64,000 bases of DNA from an uncultured Gemmatimonadales bacterium (GTDB taxonomy: Bacteria > Gemmatimonadota > Gemmatimonadetes > Longimicrobiales > RSA9): the NCBI GenBank assembly GCA_963708135.1, contig OY970192.1:2144001-2208000 (forward strand). Direction: 5' to 3'. The translations under genes and the position numbers were made by a program. Position 1 is the stretch's first letter; every line of letters starts with the position of its first letter. Below are positions 39,717 to 49,370 of this stretch, in pieces. The notes under the pieces were generated by a model that saw only the letters and a program-made list of their open reading frames with translations, made no database searches and had not been told where the DNA came from.

Positions 39717-41207
39717 ATGGCGACTCTCGAGCTCATGGCGCTGATCGGAGTCGTGCTGCTCGCGGGGGCGCCGGGGGTGCACGCGCAGGCGAGGAAGACG
39801 GCACCGTCGACGCCGGCGGGGTTGGCGGGGGCGGTGGCGCGGGACTACCCCGCGTCGCCTTCGTACCCGGGGAATCCGGCGGTGGACCGGATCTTCGCGG
39901 CATGGGACAGCACGACGACGCCGGGGTGCGCGCTGGGGGTGGCGCGGGACGGGCGGTTCATCTACGAGCGCGGCTACGGGATGGCGAACCTGGACTACGA
40001 GATTCCGAACTCGCCACGCATGGTCTACTACATCGGCTCGGACTCGAAGCAGTTCACGGCGGCGAGCATCGCGCTGCTGTCGCTGCAGGGACGGGTGGGG
40101 CTCGGGGACGACATCCGCAAGTACGTGCCGGAGATGCCGGACTACGGGAAGCCGGTGACGGTCTCGGAGCTGGTGCACCACACGAGCGGCGTGCGGGACA
40201 TGTACGGGCTGATGGAACTGGCGGGGCTCCGGCTGGAGGACGTCTTCCCCGACTCGGCGGCGCTGGCGCTGGTGGCGCGGCAGAAGGAGCTGAACTTCGA
40301 GCCGAACACGGACTGGCTGTACAGCAACTCGGGATACTGGCTGCTGGCGCAGATCGTGGAGCGGGTGACGGGAGCATCGCTGCGGGTGTACGCGGACAGC
40401 GCGATCTTCCGCCCGCTCGGCATGGCGCACAGCCACTTCCACGACCGGCCGGGGCACATCATGCCGTGGCGGGCGATGAGCTACGAGGGGGACGGGCAGG
40501 GCGGCTACCGGATCAGCTACCTGCAGAACTTCGACAAGATCGGCGCGGGCGGGCTGTACTCGACGGTCGAGGACCTGCAGAAGTGGGACGAGAACTACTA
40601 CACGCACCGGGTGGGCGGGGACGCGCTGCAGCAGGTGATCCATCGCCGGGCGGTGCTGGACGATGGGGACACGCTGACGTACGCGTTCGGGAACGAGATC
40701 TCGACCTACCGCGGGCTGCCGATCGAGGAGCACGGCGGCGCGATGATGGGCTACAAGGCGCACATCCTCCGCTTCCCCGAGCAGCACTTCAGCGTGCTCG
40801 AGACGTGCAACCTGGGCTCGATCGATCCGGGCGCGCTGGCGCGGAAGGTGGCGGACGTCTACCTGGCCGGGGTGCTGGGCCCCGCGGAGCCGCCGCGGCG
40901 GCGGCCGGGGGCCAAGGAGTCGCCGAAGGCGACGTGGCAGCCCGACGCGGCCGCGCTGTCCGCCTTCGCGGGGGCGTATCACAGCGATGAGCTGGACGTG
41001 ACCTATCACATCGTCGCGCAGGATGGGGGGCTCCGGGTCGGCTGGCGCGCCACGCCGGCGCGCGCGCTCGAGCCGACCACGGAGGATACGTTCCGCGCGG
41101 GCCCGCTGGTTCTGCACTTCGAGCGGGACGCATCGGGGCGCCCGGCGGCGTTCACGGTGGAGGCGGGCCGGGTGAGGAATCTTCGGTTCCAGCGAATCGG
41201 CGGCTAG
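39717..41207 (+). CDS. Secreted serine hydrolase (AmpC/PBP-like, S12 family)
   Basis: SDSK (SxxK), HHTSG, YSNSGY, HGG; signal peptide; alternative start at 39684. Confidence 0.88.
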   Translation: MATLELMALIGVVLLAGAPGVHAQARKTAPSTPAGLAGAVARDYPASPSYPGNPAVDRIFAAWDSTTTPGCALGVARDGRFIYERGYGMANLDYEIPNSPRMVYYIGSDSKQFTAASIALLSLQGRVGLGDDIRKYVPEMPDYGKPVTVSELVHHTSGVRDMYGLMELAGLRLEDVFPDSAALALVARQKELNFEPNTDWLYSNSGYWLLAQIVERVTGASLRVYADSAIFRPLGMAHSHFHDRPGHIMPWRAMSYEGDGQGGYRISYLQNFDKIGAGGLYSTVEDLQKWDENYYTHRVGGDALQQVIHRRAVLDDGDTLTYAFGNEISTYRGLPIEEHGGAMMGYKAHILRFPEQHFSVLETCNLGSIDPGALARKVADVYLAGVLGPAEPPRRRPGAKESPKATWQPDAAALSAFAGAYHSDELDVTYHIVAQDGGLRVGWRATPARALEPTTEDTFRAGPLVLHFERDASGRPAAFTVEAGRVRNLRFQRIGG

Positions 41208-41329
41208 CGAGCGCGTCACGCGGGCTCGTAGGCGTTCATGAGGAGCGGCGAAACGGGGGGCCGACTGCAACCGTAGGGGTTCGGGCCCTGTCCAAGCAGG
41301 TGACGACCCCCATTTCCGGAACGCTTGTC

Positions 41330-43768
41330 ATGACGATTCCCTTTCTGTCGGACCTCCGCCAGGCGGCCCGGGGGCTGCGGCGGGCGCCGACCGTCACGGC
41401 CTCGGCCGTGCTCTGTCTGGCGCTTGGCATCGGGGCGACGGCGGCGATCTCGAGCGCCGTCCGGCGCGCGCTGCTGGAGCCGCTGCCGTTCACGCGGCCG
41501 GAGCGGCTGGTGGCGGTGCCGCGGGTCACGCCGCAGACCGGGCCGATGGGGACCTGGCCGCAGTCGGCGCCCAACTACGTCAACCTGGCGCGCGGGACCC
41601 GGCAGCTGAGCGGGCTGGCGGCGATGACGGTGGGCTCGGCGCTGCTCGAGCTTCCGGGGGGCGGTGCGGAAGGGCTGCAGGTGGCAGTCACCGGGAACCT
41701 CTTCCCGCTACTGGGGGTGCGCGCGTTCCGGGGGCGGCTGCTCCGCCCGGAGGACGGCGAGCTCGACCAGCCGCCGGTGGCGGTGCTCGACTACGCGTTC
41801 TGGCGCGACCGGCTCGGCGGCGATCCGGCCCTCGTGGGGCGGACGCTGCCGATCGACGGCGAGCCGACGACGATCGTCGGCATCACGCCGGCAGGGTTTC
41901 GCATCCCATACGGCTCCCAGATGATGCACGGCGAGATCTGGATGCCGCTCCGCTTCACGCCGGCCCAGCTCGGGCAGCGGCGCAGCAACTACCTCTTCCT
42001 GCTCGGACGGCTGGCTCCGGGCGCCACGGTCGCGTCGGCGCAGGCGGAGATCAGGGGTCTCTTCCGGGGGCTCGTGGCGGAGCACCCCCAGCTGCGCGGG
42101 GAGGACATGCGGGTGGCAGGGCTGCAGGCGGACAGCGTGCGGGGCATACGGCCCGCGCTGCTCCTGCTCTTCGGCGCGGTCGTCATGGTGCTCCTGATCG
42201 CGGCCGGTAACGTGGCGGCGCTGCTGCTCGCGCGGGGCGTGGGGCGGCGGCGGGAGATGGCCGTGAGGTCGGCGTTGGGCGTGACGCGCTGGGGAGCCAT
42301 GCGGCCGGTGCTGGCGGAAGGGATGATCATCGGGATCCTCGGAACGGCGCTCGGCCTGGCGCTCGCCGCGGCCGGCGTGCGCACGATCGGGGCGCTCGCG
42401 GCGGCGCGGATCCCGCAGCTCGCGGGGCTCGGCATCGACGGCGAGGTGGCGGCGTTCGCCATTGCGCTGGCGTTCGTGGTGACCCTCTTCTGCGCCGCGC
42501 TGCCGGCGTGGCGGGGGGCGAGCGTGCATCCGCAGGAGGCGCTCGGCGAGGCGCGCGGCGGGGCGATGGGCCGGGGACAGCATCGGGCGCTGCGCGGGCT
42601 GGTGGCGGCGGAGATCGCGCTCTCCATGGCACTCCTGATCGGGGCCGGGCTCGTGCTCAGGGGGTTCGCCCTGCTCTCGCGCAGCGATCCAGGCTTCGAC
42701 CCCGCGCGGGTGCTGACGCTGCGCGTGGCGGTCCCCGCGGCGGAGTTCCCTGACGGGGGCGGGGTGAAGCGGTTCCTGGAGCCGGCGCTCGCCTCGGTGC
42801 GCGCGCTTCCGGGAGTCGAGGCGGCGGGTGCCATCGACCTGATGCCCTACGACAGCTGGGGCAGCAACAGCAACATCCTGTACGAGGGGCGGCCGACGGC
42901 GGACCCGACCACCTATCCGCTCGTCGAGGAGCGCACGGTGGAGCCGGGATTCTTCCGGGTGACGGGGCAGCGGCTCCTGGACGGTCGGCTGCTGCGAGCC
43001 TCGGACGACGACCGGAGCGATGCGGCGCCCGTGGTGGTGGTCAACCACGCCCTGGCCGAGCGGGACTTCGGCGGCGCGAGCCCGGTAGGCAAGCGGTTCC
43101 ACCTCGGCGACACGACGTTCGCGACGATCGTCGGCGAGGTGAGCGACATCAGGAACGTCGGGCCGTTCGCGCCGCCCGCGCCGGAGATGTACTGGACGTA
43201 TCGCCAGAGCGGCCTGCGGACGACGAGCTTCCCGATCATGGTGCGCGTGCGTGGCCAGAACCCCGCCGCGGTGCTCGCCGCGGTCCGGTCCACGATCGAG
43301 GGGATCGCCCCCTCGGCGGCCATCACGGACGTGCGGCCGATGGAGGCCGTGATCACCGGAAGCCTGGGCCGCCCGCGGTTCTACCTGAGCCTGCTCGGCA
43401 GCTTCGCCGCGGTGGCGTTGCTCCTGGCGGTGGCCGGGCTCTACGGCGTGCTCAGCTACACGGTGGCACAGCGGACCCGGGAGATCGGGATCCGCGCCGC
43501 GCTGGGCAGCACGCGGGGCGGGCTGGTCCGGCTCGTCGCCTTCGACGGCGTCCGGCTCGTCGCGGTGGGCCTCGCGCTCGGCGCGGGCGGCGGCGCGGTC
43601 CTCACGCGCTTCATGGAGTCGATGCTCTACGGCGTCAGTCGGCTGGACGCGCCGACCTGGCTCGGGGCGGCGCTGGCGCTCACCGTGGCGGCGCTGGGAG
43701 CCTCGCTCATCCCAGCGCGCCGGGCGGCCGCGCTGGATCCGATGGAGGCGCTGCGGGCGGAAGGGTGA
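41330..43768 (+). CDS. Duplicated orphan ABC permease (ADOP family)
   Basis: DLRQAARGLRRAP, LALGIGA, QRTREIGIRAALG, LDPMEALRAE. Confidence 0.88.
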   Translation: MTIPFLSDLRQAARGLRRAPTVTASAVLCLALGIGATAAISSAVRRALLEPLPFTRPERLVAVPRVTPQTGPMGTWPQSAPNYVNLARGTRQLSGLAAMTVGSALLELPGGGAEGLQVAVTGNLFPLLGVRAFRGRLLRPEDGELDQPPVAVLDYAFWRDRLGGDPALVGRTLPIDGEPTTIVGITPAGFRIPYGSQMMHGEIWMPLRFTPAQLGQRRSNYLFLLGRLAPGATVASAQAEIRGLFRGLVAEHPQLRGEDMRVAGLQADSVRGIRPALLLLFGAVVMVLLIAAGNVAALLLARGVGRRREMAVRSALGVTRWGAMRPVLAEGMIIGILGTALGLALAAAGVRTIGALAAARIPQLAGLGIDGEVAAFAIALAFVVTLFCAALPAWRGASVHPQEALGEARGGAMGRGQHRALRGLVAAEIALSMALLIGAGLVLRGFALLSRSDPGFDPARVLTLRVAVPAAEFPDGGGVKRFLEPALASVRALPGVEAAGAIDLMPYDSWGSNSNILYEGRPTADPTTYPLVEERTVEPGFFRVTGQRLLDGRLLRASDDDRSDAAPVVVVNHALAERDFGGASPVGKRFHLGDTTFATIVGEVSDIRNVGPFAPPAPEMYWTYRQSGLRTTSFPIMVRVRGQNPAAVLAAVRSTIEGIAPSAAITDVRPMEAVITGSLGRPRFYLSLLGSFAAVALLLAVAGLYGVLSYTVAQRTREIGIRAALGSTRGGLVRLVAFDGVRLVAVGLALGAGGGAVLTRFMESMLYGVSRLDAPTWLGAALALTVAALGASLIPARRAAALDPMEALRAEG

Positions 43769-43841
43769 TCGGGGGCGGAGCTCGCGACAAGGCCCCGCAA
43801 GGCGGACAACACCCCCTGCGGGGCCATGATCTTGGTGCCCA

Positions 43842-43916
43842 TGGGCGCTGAGGGATTCGAACCCCCGACCCCCTCCTTGTAAGGGAGGTGCTCTGGACCA
43901 GCTGAGCTAAGCGCCC
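43842..43916 (-). tRNA. tRNA-Val (anticodon TAC); CCA not encoded
   Basis: GGGCGCT-TA-GCTC-AGCTGGTCCA-GAGC-A-CCTCC-CTTACAA-GGAGG-GGGTC-GGGGG-TTCGAAT-CCCTC-AGCGCCC-A; upstream TGGACC-N17-TACCAT. Confidence 0.96.
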
Positions 43917-44143
43917 GATTGAGAGGATGGTAGCGGTGGAACGTGGCGGGGTCCAGTCCCGGCGCGGGCGGGGCGCGGGCAATTCACCACGAAACCGAGG
44001 CACCAGATGACATCCAGTCCCCGCGCGGGCGGGGCGCGGATTTGATACAGGCGGCTGCGTTACCCGAGGGGGAGGGGGAGGGTGAGGGGGAGGGGGTGGG
44101 TACGGATTGGGGTGAGGATGGGGGAGGGGGAGGGTGAGGGGTG

Positions 44144-44350
44144 CTACAGGATGATGGCGAGGGGCATGAAGACGACGTAGCCGAGGACGAGGAGGAGGGG
44201 GGCGGCGGTGATGGAGCCCTGGGAGAGGAGCAGGTAGCCGAGAGCGGCGGACGCGATCCCGGCGATCAGCAGGATCCAGTTGATCCCGGAGAACTGGAGC
44301 GAGGGGCGCGGGCCCTGGGCCGCGGCGCGCGAGCGATGTCGATTGGCCAT
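44144..44350 (-). CDS. Small two-TM protein (DUF3098-like)
   Basis: FSGINWILLIAG...GYLLL...ITAAPLLLVLGYVV...AII. Confidence 0.6.
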   Translation of the reverse strand: MANRHRSRAAAQGPRPSLQFSGINWILLIAGIASAALGYLLLSQGSITAAPLLLVLGYVVFMPLAIIL

Positions 44351-44436
44351 GGCTTGAAGATGGTCCCGAAGCGCTGCCGGGTCAAGGGGTTGCGAGGTGC
44401 GCGGCGGGGCGCGGCAGGGCGCCCCGCCGGCTCCGC

Positions 44437-45105
44437 TCATACGTACGCCGGAAGGCGGATCTGCAGGTGGTTCTCGACCTCGGTCACGCCCGCCGCGGAC
44501 CAGGCGGCGCTCTCGGCCTCATGCTTCTCGGCCCACGACCGGACGGTGCCGGTCAGGATCACTTTCCCACCGAGCGTCTCGACGTGCACGGCGTCGGCAT
44601 CGATCTCGGCGCTGCGCTTGAAGGCGGCCTCGATCCTGGTCTCGATGGCCAGCGGCGTCACCCTCGGCTTCACGGTGATGGCGTTCACCACGCCGCGGAT
44701 GCCGAGCAGGTTGTGCACCGCGTTCTCCGCCGCCTTCTTCTGGTACTGCCACTGGAGCTCGCCCTCGAGGGTGATCCAGCCCTTCGTGACGCTCACCTTG
44801 ATGTCACGGTCCGGGACGGCGCTCGACCAGCGCAGCGCCGCGACGGCGGCTTCCGCGAGCTTCTCGTCGGGCTGCTCGTCCTGCACGGCGAGCGCGACCT
44901 CCAACTCGTTCACCACCGCCCTCACGCCGGCGATGCGCAGCGCGGCACGCTCCGCAGCGCGCTTCTCCGCGTACGTCTTCACGTGGCCACCCAGCATGAT
45001 TATGCCGTCGGCCGCGGCGGTGACCGCGATGCTGGACGAGTCCACCTCGGCGTCGAACGCCAGCTCGTCCACCACATCCGTCTGAAGGATCTCCGTGGGT
45101 TTCAT
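44437..45105 (-). CDS. Triple BON-domain protein (OsmY-like)
   Basis: Three BON repeats ending [35 protein letters not shown]. Confidence 0.9.
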   Translation of the reverse strand: MKPTEILQTDVVDELAFDAEVDSSSIAVTAAADGIIMLGGHVKTYAEKRAAERAALRIAGVRAVVNELEVALAVQDEQPDEKLAEAAVAALRWSSAVPDRDIKVSVTKGWITLEGELQWQYQKKAAENAVHNLLGIRGVVNAITVKPRVTPLAIETRIEAAFKRSAEIDADAVHVETLGGKVILTGTVRSWAEKHEAESAAWSAAGVTEVENHLQIRLPAYV

Positions 45106-45279
45106 TTCCGCCTCCTGGCGCACGGTGTCTACGGCGTGCACCTCGCGCGGGAGCGGCCGCGAGGATCGGCGGTCCGGATGGGCGTCCCGGGGCGACGCGC
45201 ACGCCACGGCGGGCCGGGACGGCCCTCACTCGCCCCTCGTCGGCCGACCGACGGGCCCCCGGCGCTCGTGGCGTGGATG

Positions 45280-45295
45280 AGCAAGGCAACTGCCG
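45280..45295 (-). promoter_or_regulatory. Candidate sigma54 promoter for the BON gene
   Basis: CGGCAGTTGCCTTGCT (GG-N10-GC, -12 TTGCT). Confidence 0.4.
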
Positions 45296-45481
45296 CGCCG
45301 GTGGAGGAGCCGGGCCGGCGAGTTCACAACCCGCTGCCAGTCCAGGACTTGAGCGCCTTCGCGTCCGCCTCGGCCCGGCGCGCCGCGGCCAGAACGTCCC
45401 AGGGCGGGACGAGGGTGCGCACCTCCGCCCGCTCGCCGGCGAGTCGCATGTCGTAAGGTCGCTTCGCCAGCAGCGCGGGGT

Positions 45482-45571
45482 CGAGTTTTCGATCGCCTGG
45501 CGAGACGAAGACGACACGACAGACGCAAGGAGGCCGGCGCACGCGAGATTTCGATCGCCTGGCGAGACGAA
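45482..45571. repeat. Two 28-bp quasi-palindromic direct repeats with a 34-bp spacer
   Basis: CGAG(T/A)TTTCGATCGCCTGGCGAGACGAA at 45482 and 45544. Confidence 0.85.
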
Positions 45572-45813
45572 ACTCGTACGCGACCGTCGGCTCGGGGGCT
45601 ATGACGAGACTCAAGTCGCCGCTCCCGGGGAGGGGGCGGCATCCGGCCACGCAGGTGCATCTCCACGGGCCCGGGCACGGCTCGACGCCGAACGAATCCA
45701 AATGCGAATCCAGGGGCGACGGCCCGGAATCCGGATGCGGCGGTTCCCGTCACTGGCTCACGCGACCGGGCAAGATCCAACCGCCCCGGGACAGGAGCGA
45801 GCGCGCCCGAGGG

Positions 45814-46914
45814 CTACATCCCGCCTCCCGGAGCCGCGCCGCCTCCCTCGCCCGGCCTGGTTGGTGGACCCGGACCTGGAGAAGTTCGATCGGGTGGCGC
45901 CTCGCCGGCTTCCGCATTCCCGCCCTCCTCCCAGAAGGCGGGGGCGTCGGGCGGCTCGGTGGCGCGCAGGCGGTCGAGGCGCTCGCGGTCGCGGTGTCGC
46001 CTGATGAGCACCAGGACGAGCAGGAACGGGGTGAGGAGGAGCCAGAAGACGAGGCTGTTGGAGAGGACGACGGCCCAGCCGTAACGGCGTGCGACGAAGG
46101 CGCGCCACTCCTTCTCGAAGAGCGCGGAGGTGAGTCCGTAGGTGGCGCGCAGGGCGGGCTCGAAGCCGGTGTCGCGCCAGCTCAGCAGGAACAGGCCGAG
46201 GCCGCGGACGCCGGCCTGGGAGGCGAGGAACTGGACCGCGGTGGCGGAGAGCAGGTAGGCGACGCGCGCGTCGGTCTCGCCGGCGGGCCACTCGAGCGCG
46301 AGGGAGTCGAGCGGCGGGGCGCGGTGGAGCGCGAAGGCGATGCGCAGCAGCCAGGCGGCGTTCCAGTCGAGGCCATCGGAAGCCCAGACCGCGTAGCCCT
46401 CGTCGAACCAGCGCGGGATGCGGCGGGGGCCGAGGAAGCGATGCAGCGCGACATGGGCGAGCTCGTGGCGCAGGATGGCGCCGAGCTGGTCCGCCTGGGC
46501 GCGGCGGGAGGCGTAGGCGGGGAGCACGATGACGCCGCGGGCGGGCTCCGCGATGCCCGCGCCCCAGCCGGGCGCCGCGCCTTCGGTGAGCGAGTCGAAG
46601 CGGGCGGGGTCGGGGGCCATGTAGATGTGCACCGGATCGGCCGGTGTGAAGAGGCCGGGCGGCAGGCCGGGCAGGGGCTGGAAGGCGGCGGCGAGCCGGG
46701 CGAGATGGGCGGCGAGCGCCTGTCGGCCGGGCCAGTAGTGGAAGCGCATGCCGTCGGCGTCGATGGTGCCGGGGGGTGCGGCGCGCGCCGTACCGGCGGG
46801 GGGGGCGGCGGGCGGCGTGGCGGACGCCTGGACGGCGGGCCCGCCTGCGGCCGGTGCCCGCACCGGAGCGGCCGCGAGCACGGCCGCCAGCGCGAGAGCG
46901 GCCGCGGCGGTCAG
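45814..46914 (-). CDS. Exported peptidase MA-like (gluzincin) metalloprotease with C-terminal TM anchor
   Basis: RHELAH...PRWFDEGYA; hydrophobic N-terminus; start uncertain (CTG 46914 or GTG 46881). Confidence 0.75.
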   Translation of the reverse strand: MTAAAALALAAVLAAAPVRAPAAGGPAVQASATPPAAPPAGTARAAPPGTIDADGMRFHYWPGRQALAAHLARLAAAFQPLPGLPPGLFTPADPVHIYMAPDPARFDSLTEGAAPGWGAGIAEPARGVIVLPAYASRRAQADQLGAILRHELAHVALHRFLGPRRIPRWFDEGYAVWASDGLDWNAAWLLRIAFALHRAPPLDSLALEWPAGETDARVAYLLSATAVQFLASQAGVRGLGLFLLSWRDTGFEPALRATYGLTSALFEKEWRAFVARRYGWAVVLSNSLVFWLLLTPFLLVLVLIRRHRDRERLDRLRATEPPDAPAFWEEGGNAEAGEAPPDRTSPGPGPPTRPGEGGGAAPGGGM

Positions 46915-47783
46915 CTCCCCTCCCTGCCCGGCTCCTCGAGGTCGGTGGCCTGCAGCGCGAGCCGTTCCTCGGAGCTGAGGATGCGGTCGATGCGGAGCAG
47001 GATGGCAATGCGCTCGTCGTGGCGGAACAGGCCCTCGAGGTAGCGTGCGGCGAGGCCGCGGAAGTAGGCGGGCGGCTCCTGGAGCTGATCGGCCGGGAGG
47101 CGTACGATCTGGGTGACGGAGTCGGCAACGAGGCCGACCCTCTCGCCGTCGAGCTCGACGACCACGATGCGGGCGCCGGCGCCGGGCTCGCGCTCGGGAA
47201 GACCGAGCCGGCCGCGCAGCGAGATGATGGGGACGGCCTGGTCGCGCACGGAGAGCACGCCATCGACGAAGTCGGGCGCGCCGGGCACGCGGCTGGGCGG
47301 CTCCCAGGCGAGCACCTCATGCACGCCCGAGACGCGCATGGCGAGCAGGTCCTCGCCGAGCCGGAGCACGACGATCGGGATGGGCGGGGCAACGACGGGG
47401 TCCTGGGGCATCTCCTCGTCTTCCCAGCCGGGCGGCAGCCCGGCCTCGAACAGCGTTTCGGGATCGAGCGGCGTCACCAGCACGTCGCCGAAATCTTCGT
47501 GGATGCCGGCGATGGCATCCACGGCGAGCGCGAAGCGGATCCGCCCGCGCCGCAGCACGAGGGCGTGTGGGCGCGCCGCCGCGGGCAGACCGAGCATGGG
47601 CCCGGGATCGAGCGCCGGGATCCAGCGGCCGCGGTAGCGGAGCAACCCGGCCGCGTGGGATGCGAGCGCCGGCAGCGCCTCCAGGCGGGCGTTCTCGAGG
47701 GCCTCCTCCACCGCGGCGGCGGGAAGGGCGAAGGCCTCGTCCCCCACGCGGAATGCGACCTCGACGGCCGCCGGCCCCGTCAC
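46911..47783 (-). CDS. cheW: Tandem CheW-domain protein
   Basis: FRVGDEAFAL...GLLRYRG..P and LRLGEDLLA...VPGAPDFVDGVLSVRDQAVPIISLR...GLVADSV; GTG overlaps cheB stop. Confidence 0.85.
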   Translation of the reverse strand: MTGPAAVEVAFRVGDEAFALPAAAVEEALENARLEALPALASHAAGLLRYRGRWIPALDPGPMLGLPAAARPHALVLRRGRIRFALAVDAIAGIHEDFGDVLVTPLDPETLFEAGLPPGWEDEEMPQDPVVAPPIPIVVLRLGEDLLAMRVSGVHEVLAWEPPSRVPGAPDFVDGVLSVRDQAVPIISLRGRLGLPEREPGAGARIVVVELDGERVGLVADSVTQIVRLPADQLQEPPAYFRGLAARYLEGLFRHDERIAILLRIDRILSSEERLALQATDLEEPGREGS

Positions 47784-48895
47784 CGCCCGGCCTTCCGGCG
47801 GCCGACCCGCGCGTCGCCGCCCGCCTGCATGGCGGCAACCCGGCGCGCGAGCGCGGGCCCGACCTCCGACAGCGGCAGCACCTCCCGGGCATAGGGCGCC
47901 GCCGCGCGCGGCATCCCGTAGATGACGGAGCTCGCGCGGTCCTGCGCGATGGTCCAGCCGCCGACCGCGGCGATGGCGCGCAGCCCATCGGCGCCGTCGC
48001 GGCCCATGCCGGTGAGCACGACGCCGATGCTGGCGGGCCCGAAGTGCGCGGCCACGGCGCGGAAGAGCACGTCGGCGGCGGGGCGCAGCCCCCAGACGGG
48101 CGGCGAGTCGAGGAGCTCGAGCGCCACGCCACCGCGCGTGCGCCGGAGGGCGAGGTGACGGCCTCCGGGCGCGATGTGGACGGTGCCGCGCGTCACGACC
48201 TCGCCATCGACCGCCTCGCGGACGGAGACGGCGCTCACACGGTCGAGGCGGTCGGCCAGATAATGCGTGAAGCGGGGCGGCATGTGTTGCACGACCAGGA
48301 TGCCGGCCGGGCAGTCGGCGGGGAGCGCGCGCACCACGTCGTCGACGGCGCGCGGGCCGCCGGTCGAGGCCGCGATGGCGACCACGCACTCTGCCGCGCC
48401 GGCGTCCCTCGGCGCGCCGGCGAGCCGCGGCATCCCCGTCGCCGGCAGGCGGACCGTCAGGTTGGCGAGGTCGGCCTGGGCGGCGGCGCGGAGCGCGGCC
48501 AGGAGTCGGCCGCGCAGCGCATCCAGCCCATCGCCGGCATCCTCGCCGGCGGGCTTCAGCACCACCTCGACGGCGCCGAGGTCGAAGGCGCGCAGCGCGG
48601 GCTCCGCGCCGCGGGCGCCGTGGGCGGAGAGGATCACGACCGGTCGCGGCGCCTCGCTCATGATGTAGCCGAGCGTATCGAGCCCGCCGAGGTCCGGCAT
48701 CTCCAGGTCGAGCGTCACGATGTCGGGGGCGCGCTCGTGGACGAGCCGGATGGCCTCGTAGCCCGTGGCCGCCTCGGCCACCACGGTGAACTCGCCCGAC
48801 GCCTCGAGGAGCGCGACGATGGTGGCGCGCACGACGGCGCTGTCCTCGACGACGAGCACGCCCGGGCGCGCCGGACCGCGCTCAGAGGAGGACAT
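47780..48895 (-). CDS. cheB: Chemotaxis methylesterase CheB (REC plus esterase)
   Basis: DIVTLDLEMP; ASTGGP, QHMP, LTGMGRDGA catalytic motifs. Confidence 0.96.
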   Translation of the reverse strand: MSSSERGPARPGVLVVEDSAVVRATIVALLEASGEFTVVAEAATGYEAIRLVHERAPDIVTLDLEMPDLGGLDTLGYIMSEAPRPVVILSAHGARGAEPALRAFDLGAVEVVLKPAGEDAGDGLDALRGRLLAALRAAAQADLANLTVRLPATGMPRLAGAPRDAGAAECVVAIAASTGGPRAVDDVVRALPADCPAGILVVQHMPPRFTHYLADRLDRVSAVSVREAVDGEVVTRGTVHIAPGGRHLALRRTRGGVALELLDSPPVWGLRPAADVLFRAVAAHFGPASIGVVLTGMGRDGADGLRAIAAVGGWTIAQDRASSVIYGMPRAAAPYAREVLPLSEVGPALARRVAAMQAGGDARVGRRKAGR

Positions 48896-49370
48896 CGGGG
48901 CGCAGGATCGAGGTGACCACGACGCGGCCGTCCTCGACGTGGAAGAACACGGAGCGGCCGTGGCCGCCGCCGACCTCCTCGCCGGCCAGGGGGACGCCCG
49001 CGGTGCCGAGCGCGTCCCGGGCGGCCTCCACGTTGCGCGCGCCGAGCGTCTGCTCGCCTTCCGCGGTGAGGGACTCGAACATGGCCGCGCCGCCGATGAT
49101 GCGCGCGGTCAACCGGGCGCGCACGGCGCCCAGCTCGTCGAGCGCCGCGAGGGCGAGGGGGATGGCGCTGGCGACGAAACGGCCGGGCGGCACCTGGCGG
49201 CGGGCGGCGCTCGGATCGGGGAGCATGGCGTGGGTGAGGGCGCCGACGCGGGCGAGGGGGTCGTGCAGCGCCACGGCCACGCACGAGCCGAGGCCGAGGG
49301 CGAGGAGCACGCCGCCTTCACGGGCGACCTTCACCTCCCCGATCCGGACCACGAGCCGCTCCTCAGTCAT
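48882..49370 (-). CDS. cheD: Chemoreceptor glutamine deamidase CheD
   Basis: GLGSCVAV, HAMLP, GGAAMF, LGARN, EVGGGHGR. Confidence 0.93.
   Translation of the reverse strand: MTEERLVVRIGEVKVAREGGVLLALGLGSCVAVALHDPLARVGALTHAMLPDPSAARRQVPPGRFVASAIPLALAALDELGAVRARLTARIIGGAAMFESLTAEGEQTLGARNVEAARDALGTAGVPLAGEEVGGGHGRSVFFHVEDGRVVVTSILRPDVLL

Noticed and set aside
39717..41207. Class C beta-lactamase resistance gene
   Set aside because: SxxK and YxN are shared by the broad S12 hydrolase family; HGG replaces KTG and there is a C-terminal extension, so resistance is not supported.
36141..41270. 1709-aa ORF as a giant fusion protein
   Set aside because: The upstream part is antisense shadow of the serine hydrolase and spans padR in another frame; the real ADOP starts at 38918.
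43780..43916. tRNA-Val as integration site of a genomic island
   Set aside because: No integrase, no duplicated tRNA 3' end and no obvious composition shift in the window.
45482..45571. Formal CRISPR array call
   Set aside because: Only two good repeats, no AT-rich leader and no cas genes; kept as a repeat and as a finding instead.
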